Assembly (NCBI GenBank): GCA_044892505.1
Contig: CM097883.1
Span: forward strand, 189,348,323 to 189,412,000
Length of the DNA stretch: 63,678 nucleotides
DNA from: Schmidtea nova
Lineage: Eukaryota
Direction: 5' to 3'
How positions within the stretch are numbered: the stretch's first letter is position 1; every line of letters starts with the position of its first letter. The notes beneath the pieces are model-generated. The model worked only from the letters and a program-made list of their open reading frames with translations. It was not told where the DNA came from and did not search any database. Below, piece by piece: positions 44,794 to 53,846 of the stretch. A program made the position numbers and the translations under genes.

Positions 44794-47762
44794 TGATCAT
44801 AAAAAGAGAAATGCCAGTGACTTTCTTATTAACAAAGAATGGAGTATTGCCAATACATAGAGCCTTACGAGCAGGAAAAGATAGGAGGGTAGTCGAAATT
44901 GCACGGTTGATGCAAGATTGCGGAAGTGACATGAACATGAAAGATAAAAAGGGAGATACCCTCATGATATTCGCAGCAAGAGCGAACACAAAAACCCGAG
45001 TGTTACAGGAACTGTACGAAGCAGGTGCAGGACTCATGGGAAGAACTAACAAAGACAGCTCAATACTAGACGTAGCGTTGTTAGCGCACAATTGGGAGGT
45101 GATAAATTTCATAAAAACAATCACAAATCAGGAGGAAATAGAATACCTTACAAGGACAGTTAAAAAAGCTAGCGTACATTCCATGATGCATAACGCTGAA
45201 CTAACTGAAGCAATACTCAATTGGATGAACCCAAACACCAATGAACCAGCATTCAGGATCAACGAGTGCATGGAACAAGGCCAAAATTTGTATATAAAGT
45301 GTGCATTAATAATAAACAAATGGCCAAAGATAATAGATATCTTCATGAGAAGAAAAGATTTACGATTCACAAACCACCCAAAGGAAACAGAACGTACGGA
45401 CAAATGGAAAGAACTAATGAAAACGTACCTCAATAATTGGATAAAAGCCAAGAAAGAGATTCTAGATTGTAAATTAACCGATAAGGAAATACCTAAGCAG
45501 GCAGAAACACAAGAATATGAAGCAAGTATACTCACAACCATAACGTATGAAAAAATGATAGAAGCAATTAATGTCGAGGACGACATTTTCAACGACCAAA
45601 GGGAAGGCGACAATACAGGAAACGACGACGATAGTACTCGAGAAAATCCAGAGGATCATGAGTTATCAGATAAAGAGGACAGTGAAGAGAAAGGAAGGGA
45701 CACAGAGAAAAATGATAAGAACAATGAATTTGGGAAACAAAGAAACAACAACTATAAAAATAAAAACGAAATAAAAAGAACAGGCTACAAACAAACAATA
45801 AACCCATTCTTTAAACCAGAACTATTATTACTAACGGTAATCATGACCTTAATTAGTCCAACTCAAGGAATGATATGTGAAGAAAGAGCGACAATACAAA
45901 TTGGAAACGCAAAAGGAATCGAACGAGTATGTTGGTCAAAAAAGGACAAAATATCGGGACAAAATAGTCCAATGGATTGCAAGATCTCAGAATACGAACA
46001 AGAAATCATAGAGATCGATGACCTAGAGCTAGATACTTGGTACAGAATGTGCACCGTTCGGAAACCAAAGGATCCGAGATCACATAAGACAATTGCATGT
46101 GCAAACTACCTAACGCCCAAAGTAACCATAACAATACAGCAGTCATCCAAAGGAGACTATGTTGTAGGAAAGTGTGGAAGAACAGAGACACAAGGAACAA
46201 AAAACAAGAAACCCCAGACAATAGACAGACGAACAACGCCAACTATACGAATTACCATAGACAAGCCCGAAGCAAGAGTAACCACAAACGAGACCGAAAG
46301 AGTGACTTACCAAACAGAATTACTATGTTTAGCACTCATATTAACAATGTTAAAACGGTTAGAAGAAGGGATAGACATTGACACAATGGCAGTAACAGAG
46401 ATGAACGACACCCAAAACACCAACCCAAAGTGTTATGCCAGAAGCAACGAAGAAATTGGCGTAAGCGAAATAAAGACGAGTCGGAAAAGGGAAACAAATA
46501 AAGTAACCAAGATATCAGAAGTAAAAGCAGACAGGACGTATGAACTATGTTTACTAGAAAAAGAAAGACACAAGAAAGGAACGACAATTTGTAAAACATT
46601 TCAACCTGGGGAAACAATAAAGTTCATAAGAAGAAGAAGAAGAAATATACGCACCAAACGGAGGACAACTACAATGTTAGAGTTAACCGGAATAGAACCG
46701 GACGTCAAAGGCGTATGCTGGAAGAAGCAGGAAAAGAAAACAAACCAGAATACACCGCCGCAATGTCGAACAAACAGAGGAACAACCACAATACAGATAG
46801 AAGGGTTAGAAAGTAATCAAACGTACGAAATATGCCTGATCAGGAAGAGCGACAAAATAACAGTAAATGAACTGGAATGCAAAATATATAAAACACCCAC
46901 CAGAACAAAAATTGGAAAGACATCGCGAAAAAGCAGAAGACAACGGAACAAAGGAAAAGCGAGGTATACCACTACTTTTAAACCTAATGGACAACAGAAA
47001 AACCAAGAAATACAAATAAAAACCGAAAAGAATACTACAGCAACTCTTATACTATGGAGAATAGACAATAAAACGTTAGAAATATGTTGGGTAATAGTTC
47101 AGAAACAAAGGGAAAGACAGCCACGAGACTGTGGAAACGTGAAAGGAAAAGAGGAAATAAGTATCAGGAACCTGAAATTCAATAGCGAATACGAGATATG
47201 TGCGATAGAAAAGACGGACATATTGGGAAATCAGCAGGAAAGATGCGAAACGTACTACACACCGGTAAACTCAACGTCCAAAGGGAAAGTGAGAAAACTC
47301 GAATTTAAAGAATTAAGTCAGACAACGAAACAAATGGACGCGGAACAAGTAGTAATAGACCCTTACGCAAGATGGACGCCGGAAGAAGTAATTAAAGAAG
47401 TTAAAAGAAAACAACAAGAACGAGAACAACTACTAAATAAACTAAAGGGACAATACGGACCAATGATTAACCAGAGTGAAATTACGAAGATGGACGTAAA
47501 CAAACAAGTTAGAGAACTAATTGGTCTAGGAATACTAGCAGCAACTATTCCAGTAATAACAGTATTATTAATAATATGGATATATGATGTATTCAACAAG
47601 AAACCAATAACACATTGGCCAGATATAAAGATTATGAACTACAGTATAGAATTACCGGAAGAAGTACATAAAGAATTCCAAAGGAGGACGAAAGGTAAAG
47701 AATTTTGGAGACAAATAGAAGATGAAGAGCGATACGAAGGAAAGACAGTGATGGTGATATAG
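44790..47762 (+). CDS. Ankyrin repeats plus internal signal peptides, FN3-like repeats and a C-terminal TM helix, 990 aa
   Basis: ANK: VLPIHRALRAG, GDTLMIFAARAN, SSILDVALLAH. Repeated ..CW.....C....I.I.GL....YEIC units. TM LIGLGILAATIPVITVLLIIWIY. Confidence 0.75.
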   Translation: MMIIKREMPVTFLLTKNGVLPIHRALRAGKDRRVVEIARLMQDCGSDMNMKDKKGDTLMIFAARANTKTRVLQELYEAGAGLMGRTNKDSSILDVALLAHNWEVINFIKTITNQEEIEYLTRTVKKASVHSMMHNAELTEAILNWMNPNTNEPAFRINECMEQGQNLYIKCALIINKWPKIIDIFMRRKDLRFTNHPKETERTDKWKELMKTYLNNWIKAKKEILDCKLTDKEIPKQAETQEYEASILTTITYEKMIEAINVEDDIFNDQREGDNTGNDDDSTRENPEDHELSDKEDSEEKGRDTEKNDKNNEFGKQRNNNYKNKNEIKRTGYKQTINPFFKPELLLLTVIMTLISPTQGMICEERATIQIGNAKGIERVCWSKKDKISGQNSPMDCKISEYEQEIIEIDDLELDTWYRMCTVRKPKDPRSHKTIACANYLTPKVTITIQQSSKGDYVVGKCGRTETQGTKNKKPQTIDRRTTPTIRITIDKPEARVTTNETERVTYQTELLCLALILTMLKRLEEGIDIDTMAVTEMNDTQNTNPKCYARSNEEIGVSEIKTSRKRETNKVTKISEVKADRTYELCLLEKERHKKGTTICKTFQPGETIKFIRRRRRNIRTKRRTTTMLELTGIEPDVKGVCWKKQEKKTNQNTPPQCRTNRGTTTIQIEGLESNQTYEICLIRKSDKITVNELECKIYKTPTRTKIGKTSRKSRRQRNKGKARYTTTFKPNGQQKNQEIQIKTEKNTTATLILWRIDNKTLEICWVIVQKQRERQPRDCGNVKGKEEISIRNLKFNSEYEICAIEKTDILGNQQERCETYYTPVNSTSKGKVRKLEFKELSQTTKQMDAEQVVIDPYARWTPEEVIKEVKRKQQEREQLLNKLKGQYGPMINQSEITKMDVNKQVRELIGLGILAATIPVITVLLIIWIYDVFNKKPITHWPDIKIMNYSIELPEEVHKEFQRRTKGKEFWRQIEDEERYEGKTVMVI

Positions 47763-47887
47763 GAGGCGGGATATGACTGTAAATAATAGTGTAAATAACA
47801 ATGCATTACCGTAATAGTATGGGTATCGATATTATAAAAATATAAAAAGAGAAATCGAGAAAACGATTAATGTATATAATTTAGAAA

Positions 47888-48244
47888 ATGAACGAACAGG
47901 AAGAAATAGCAGAAACTACTATGGCTATGCGATGGAAAGCCCAGTGTGACATGTTAATACGAACAATCAACTCACTACAAAATCAGTTAATTGAGAAACA
48001 GAATTTGTTATCCGAAAGTTATAATAATAGTTTTGAACAACTCCACAGAATCGAGGAGCAACAGAGATTGATAACGCAACTTACCAGAGAGAATCAAGTG
48101 ATGAGCGACATAAATCAGAGACAAGCAATAGAGATAGACCGTTTAACAATGGGAGAGACAGAAGAAGCAGAGGATGGATGGACAAATTGGGCAATAAACA
48201 GATCAGAAAATGACCCAGAACCAGATTCAACAAACGAGCCGTAG
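47888..48244 (+). CDS. Small coiled-coil accessory protein, 118 aa
   Basis: ATG-initiated, heptad-rich, flanked by AT-rich spacers, AATAAA just after the stop. Confidence 0.7.
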   Translation: MNEQEEIAETTMAMRWKAQCDMLIRTINSLQNQLIEKQNLLSESYNNSFEQLHRIEEQQRLITQLTRENQVMSDINQRQAIEIDRLTMGETEEAEDGWTNWAINRSENDPEPDSTNEP

Positions 48245-48335
48245 ATAAATAAAGCGAAAAATTGTAAATATGTAAAAACAAAAACAAGAAAAATCAAAAA
48301 ATAGATAACAAATCAAGTGTATATATCATTGTAGA

Positions 48336-49718
48336 ATGAATACAGAAGGAAAAGCCGAAGAGCGGATAATCGAAATTTTGAGAGCCGAGAACAGGAAATG
48401 GAGTCAGAGACTCACTTGTGTAAATTGTAAAAACATAATATTGAAACCAAGACAAACCCTATGCGGATGCAGAGTATGTACCAAATGCATACACGAGTTA
48501 AGTATGAAAAGACCACCAGAATGTCCAGAATGCAAAGAAGGACAAATAAAATTCGAAGAAACCGGACCAGATAGAGCAACTCAGAGAGAAATCATGAACA
48601 CGAAAACCGAATGTATAAATCAACCATGTATATGGCAAGGACAAATACGCGATCTCGAGAACCATCTGGAGAACTGCGAAGAGAAGAGAACTGAATGTAA
48701 CAAATGCCAACAAAAAATAACTATAAAGAATAAAGAGCAGCACAAAGATGAATGTAAAGAAGAGGAAAGTCTATGCGAATATTGTGGAACTCGAGAAACG
48801 AGGAGAAAGATCGAAGAAGAACACCTGAATGTAAAAGAGGAGAAAGTATGTAGACAATATGTAGGAATATGTTCAAACGAATGCGATATAACGGTAGAAG
48901 TAAAATTACAAGAACATTGGAAAGTGTGCACGGAGAAACCAAGGGAATGCCCTTATAACAAACAGGGATGTATGGAGAAAAGAACGCAAAAAACCATGAA
49001 ACAACATCTGGAGGAAGCATTGCTAAAGCATGCGGAAATGACAAACGAAGCAACAAAGGAAACCGAACAAACAATCAAAAAATTAGAAAGAGAAATAGAG
49101 TCACACAAGATAATGGTAAACCTACTGTTGGAAACCAGAGAGCAATTCGAACTAACACGAGAAAAGATGGAGGAAAAGATAAAAGCTATCGAAGAACTGG
49201 CTAAAGGAATGAAAATCCAGTACAACAAACTCACCCAGGATACCGAGGAAAAGTTACCAATCGCACCATATGTGTGGAAAGTGACAGATTTTAGAGACAA
49301 ATTAACAGAGGCCAGAAATATGACGAAAACAGCAGTAATAAGCCCACCATTTTATTTATGGAGAAACGGAGCTAAAGTGAGATTGAAGCTATACCCAAAT
49401 GGAGACGGAAGAGGACGAGGAACACATGTGTCAATATTTTTCTCGCTATGTAAAGGAGAATACGACGACCTAGTAGAATGGCCCTTGAAAGTAGGAGTCA
49501 TTGTAAGAATCAGAAGTGTAACAAAACCAGTAGAAAAATTCTTTGAGACAGAGAAACATGCGAGTACGAGCGAGAAACCAACCACAGAATGTGGATTAGC
49601 AGCGGGAGAACCGATGTTTATAACGAAAGAAAGCCTATGGGAACGATTATATGCAGACACCCTATACATAGAAATGGAAAGGAATGAGAAAGCGGATAGA
49701 AAAGGATGGTTGACGTAA
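48336..49718 (+). CDS. Full-length intronless TRAF-like protein (RING, TRAF zinc fingers, coiled coil, MATH/TRAF-C), 460 aa
   Basis: RING CVNC...PRQTLCGCRVCTKC...CPEC; C.N..C.W.G...LENHL..C; TRAF-C YVWKVTDF...SPPFY...LKLYPNGDGRGRGTHVSIFFSLCKGEYDDLVEWP. Confidence 0.93.
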   Translation: MNTEGKAEERIIEILRAENRKWSQRLTCVNCKNIILKPRQTLCGCRVCTKCIHELSMKRPPECPECKEGQIKFEETGPDRATQREIMNTKTECINQPCIWQGQIRDLENHLENCEEKRTECNKCQQKITIKNKEQHKDECKEEESLCEYCGTRETRRKIEEEHLNVKEEKVCRQYVGICSNECDITVEVKLQEHWKVCTEKPRECPYNKQGCMEKRTQKTMKQHLEEALLKHAEMTNEATKETEQTIKKLEREIESHKIMVNLLLETREQFELTREKMEEKIKAIEELAKGMKIQYNKLTQDTEEKLPIAPYVWKVTDFRDKLTEARNMTKTAVISPPFYLWRNGAKVRLKLYPNGDGRGRGTHVSIFFSLCKGEYDDLVEWPLKVGVIVRIRSVTKPVEKFFETEKHASTSEKPTTECGLAAGEPMFITKESLWERLYADTLYIEMERNEKADRKGWLT

Positions 49719-49831
49719 CCAGAAAAGTGATCATGTAAATAATATGTACAGTTAAATACCCAAAAATTATTATATAAACAAAAATAACTGATATATAAAC
49801 CGATTAAAATTTTCATTCTGTAATTATAGCA

Positions 49832-50892
49832 ATGGGAAATATCGAGGTATGCTTACAGGAAATTACGATGCATCAAGCAGAAGCGATTAGCGATCATCTA
49901 GAACAGATTGAAATATGGGTCAATGCATATTATGGAAAGCAAGAGGAGATAGAGAGACAAGCCGAATTATTAAAAGAAGCGGAAAGATCAAGTCAAAGAA
50001 GTCGAGAAAAAATAGAAGAAGTATACAAAATGCTACAACAACAAAAGGAATATTACCAGAGAATGATGAAAGAGCGACGAGAGGAAAGAGACAGACAGCA
50101 GATGGAAGCTGAACACAAGATGTATTCGATTACAGAACAAGCAAGATACTGGAAGAAAGAAGCGAAAGAATCTTACGAAAAAGCTAGAGAAATAATAGAA
50201 AGGACAGCTTATAGTGATGACTGGAAGTTATATAAAGAGATCGATGAACTAAAAGACGAGTTAGAACAAAAAATCAACCAGGAAGTGTTAAATAAAAGAT
50301 GGAATACAAAAAGACAGCAATTTATCCGCGAACAAGCAAAGAAAATTAAAGGACTAACCTATCAAGTTCAAAGAATGGGAGAAGAACTAGCTAATCAAGA
50401 ACAACTGAAAACTATGCTCACCGGAATATGGAATCAGAAAGAAGAAGAGATGAAGAGAGATATAAATGGTTATCAAGGGGTGATTACTCAAAAGAAAATA
50501 GAGCTAAAAAGAACCAGGGAAAGGTTAAAGGAAGAGAAACAAAGTTACGAGGAAAATTAACGAATTTGATGAAAGAAAACGAAGAATTGAAACAGAAACG
50601 AGTAACAGTATCAGTAATACCCAAAGAAGCAAGTATAACGGCAGCCGTAACAAAAATGATAAAAGAAGACGAACAAAAGACAAAAGTAATCGAATTAGAG
50701 AAACAAATAGAAACATTAACAGAACAAGCAAATTACCTAGAATATTTGCTAGACGAGGAGATCCAGATATCTCACATGTATCGAGATGAAGTCGAAATGT
50801 GGAGGAGCAGGGTTGTTTGGATACCACTCCCCACGAACCAAGTAGAGCCTCAGGACGAAGGTTTCTATGAACCAAATGAGACGATTGTGTAA
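49832..50892 (+). CDS. Long coiled-coil accessory protein, probably one gene split by a -1 frameshift near 50553
   Basis: ORFs 49832-50560 and 50428-50892 join (YEEK|LTNLMKENEELK) if one A is added to the run gaggaaaattaa. Confidence 0.65.
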
Positions 50893-50973
50893 ATAAAGCG
50901 GAAAATATATTTTTGTAAATAATTGTATGAAATGTAGTGTCAAATTGTATTGACCTATCTGTAAAGAAACAGT

Positions 50974-51546
50974 ATGAAAAAGCTCAGAATACCGATATTC
51001 CTATACCTAATAACAATCACCCTACAAAGAGAAGATCTTCAACTCACAGAGAAGGAGCTACGAGCCCTACCCGAGAAAACCTATCAAGAGCTAGATAAAC
51101 TAATCGGCGAAGCAACACAAGAAATCACCCAACTTCAACAGATAACATTAGACAACCCAAACGACGAAAAATTTCAACAGGTCCTAGATGAACATCAAAT
51201 CAAATTGAAAGCAATCAGAAAAACCCTAAAAGAAGGTCGAGAACCCATAAAAAGCTTAGCCCAAGCAGAGATAGAATATCAAGAAAAATGGATCATCGCA
51301 ATTATAATAATCCTTGCACTCAGCGTGACCATTATCGCGATCACAATCCTCATAACATCATACCGAGTGAAGATCTTAAAACAAAAACATGTCATCCTGA
51401 ATCGAACAACAATACAAGACATCAGAACCCAAAAGCGAATGAGAAAACACCTAAACCGAATCCAAAGCCACTACGAACTACGAACAATCAGCGAAAGAAC
51501 CCCAATCCAATCCAATACCAATCATGAAATCAAAGAGCTTGTGTAA
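50974..51546 (+). CDS. Small type-I-like membrane protein (hydrophobic N-terminus, coiled coil, TM, basic tail), 190 aa
   Basis: MKKLRIPIFLYLITITL...; TM WIIAIIIILALSVTIIAITILIT; basic cytoplasmic tail. Confidence 0.7.
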   Translation: MKKLRIPIFLYLITITLQREDLQLTEKELRALPEKTYQELDKLIGEATQEITQLQQITLDNPNDEKFQQVLDEHQIKLKAIRKTLKEGREPIKSLAQAEIEYQEKWIIAIIIILALSVTIIAITILITSYRVKILKQKHVILNRTTIQDIRTQKRMRKHLNRIQSHYELRTISERTPIQSNTNHEIKELV

Positions 51547-51720
51547 AACTGATATATTACATTCACTTTATGTATGATCCACTTACATTTAACAATAATA
51601 TGACTTTGTGCTTACGTATAAAATCTATCACCTTACGTGATTCTTTGTGTATATGTAAATTGACATTTATCTGCTTAATTTTTATGTATGATGATATAGG
51701 TGTAAATGTATAATTAATTG

Positions 51721-51750
51721 CGGGACGCAATTTTAGGGGTCCCCGAGTGA
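51721..51750 (+). promoter_or_regulatory. Atypical polypurine-tract region
   Basis: cgggacgcaattttaggggtccccgagtga directly precedes the 3' LTR TG. It has the gypsy-like GGGACG...TTTTAGGGG context but is interrupted by TCCCC. Confidence 0.5.
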
Positions 51751-53060
51751 TGTTGGGCCAGCCAAATAGAGGGAACAGTGAAATAAAAGTAGATTAATTA
51801 AAACAAAAAAGAGAAAAATAAGATAAAAAGGGGAATATTTATTTATTAAAAGAAAGGAGTAATATAATAAAAATATAGATAAACTAAGTACAAGCTATAA
51901 ATAAAAATAAAGGAATTTCGAGATATTAACTGGCCCAGGAGACATCTAAAAAACAAAATAAATACAAATAATGGTAATTAAAACAAAATAAAAGTACTTG
52001 TTATTGAATAATTGTTTTTGAAACCCAGACCTCCGAGGAAGAATACAATCTAAAAAATAAAAATTAATTAGAATCAAGAACAATAATTAAAAACCACCCT
52101 GAAAATGGCCGAACCTGATTGGTCGGTCTAGACACGACTGATCAGTATAAATACTGATCAGATTTTTCATAAAATCAGACGTTTTGACTAGAGTGAGACT
52201 TTAGTAGACTTTGTTAGACTGAAATTTAGACTTTAACTAAAAATTCGCATTAGATTGTACATTGCCCCGACGACGATCACCGTTTAGACCGATTTTGATC
52301 AATAAATTTTCAGAATTCAATTGAGGTATTTTTGGTATATTTACGTTTATGATATCGTTGTATTCGTATGTCATTATCATATTATAATTTATTAGTTATC
52401 TCATTTTGATTTATGTTATATTTAAACTATTTAATCTATCATATTAATCTCGCGCCGTTGGGAGCTTTAGGTTCCCAAGGTGTCCGTCCGTGGCGTGGTG
52501 CTCGAGGGCTCCACACACGGTAAAGTAATAAATAGTAAAGCATAATTTTATTAGTAGTGGTTGAGACTTGCACATGGGACACCCAACAAATCCGGGGAGT
52601 TATTTTCCGATCATTTTAGCTACAGAGGGGACGATAATTTTTTGATAAAGCTTAAAGATATGAAAGAATTCTTTAACCGTGGGGAGGCACGAATTGTTGC
52701 TAGATAAACGTCTAATAAACCTTAGAAAATTAGGTCGACCGCATTTGGTACAAAGGAGCGTTTTTTCGAATAAGCTAGGGATACATGACGGGAGAGAGCT
52801 TCCGTTTTGAGGTATCAATATTTTGAAAATCCAAGCAGACAAATCACCATTTTTTCAACTATAATATTGATCGTAAACAGATAAAGCTAAGTAGATACGA
52901 GAGTAATGCATACCGTAACGAACGACAGTTTCTCTTGATTTCAGCTAAGGTCTAAGGGGAAGGCAAATAATAAGGGTATCACGATGAGAGATAACATTTA
53001 CTATGATTAATTATTGATGTAAATTGTAACTATTATAAAATTCAGCATCGTTTTGGAATC

Positions 53061-53528
53061 ATGACTAAGCATAGATACACTATCAAAAAACGACAAGAAC
53101 GAGCCCGAGTTAGCCCATTAAAGCCGGCTCCTTTCGAGATTTTACAGCAAATCCATCAAAAAATGTGGGCATGGCGCCGAGAGCTTGAAACCGCCTGTCC
53201 ATTTACAGTATGGGACCATCCACGGCACCATGTATGGTACCGGGGATGCGCTAGTTGGCCAATCATTCCAGATGAGGAATTCGAATCATGGCACGCCGCC
53301 TGGTTCGTTCTGATGCTAGATCAACGAGGATTCCCGAAATGCGTGATATATTGGGGGTTCATTCCAGCCTCTACCTTCAAGGAATTGGGGTTCAAGTTCA
53401 ATACAGCAATACGACCCCTTCGGGAAGCTGAGAGGATCCGTTTTCAGCAGGCCTCGTCCAATATCAACACAAATTTGCAAATTAAATCGATATTTTCGTA
53501 TCGGGGAAAAATGACCGGAGATGGATAA
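53061..53528 (+). CDS. LTR-encoded ORF A, 3' LTR copy
   Basis: Identical translation to 27630-28097. Confidence 0.6.
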   Translation: MTKHRYTIKKRQERARVSPLKPAPFEILQQIHQKMWAWRRELETACPFTVWDHPRHHVWYRGCASWPIIPDEEFESWHAAWFVLMLDQRGFPKCVIYWGFIPASTFKELGFKFNTAIRPLREAERIRFQQASSNINTNLQIKSIFSYRGKMTGDG

Positions 53529-53846
53529 TTGAATAAATGGCCACCTATTTTTGAATTTAATAAATGTTTTAAAGAAGTCTGAAGTGTCTCATTTTGTTAA
53601 TAGTGTTGTCATGTAGATTTAGTATTGTAGTTGTTATAGTCATTAGGAAATTCATTTATTAATACAAAATTAGTTCAATAAACCTTTTGAGTCTTCAATG
53701 GTTAGATAGTTAAATACTTTTGTAAAGAACTCGATAATTAAAAACATTAGTATACATCTCGTTTAATAATAATAAAGAGTAGACTAAATAAAATAACATT
53801 GTTGATAGGTCCTCCAGCGAATTTATCGTTATAATATTCAGACAAC

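Noticed and set aside
32286-50943. Dozens of minus-strand ORFs rich in Leu/Phe/Ser/Val across the element
   Set aside because: They are shadows of the strongly A-rich plus-strand coding sequence, with no motifs or independent signals.
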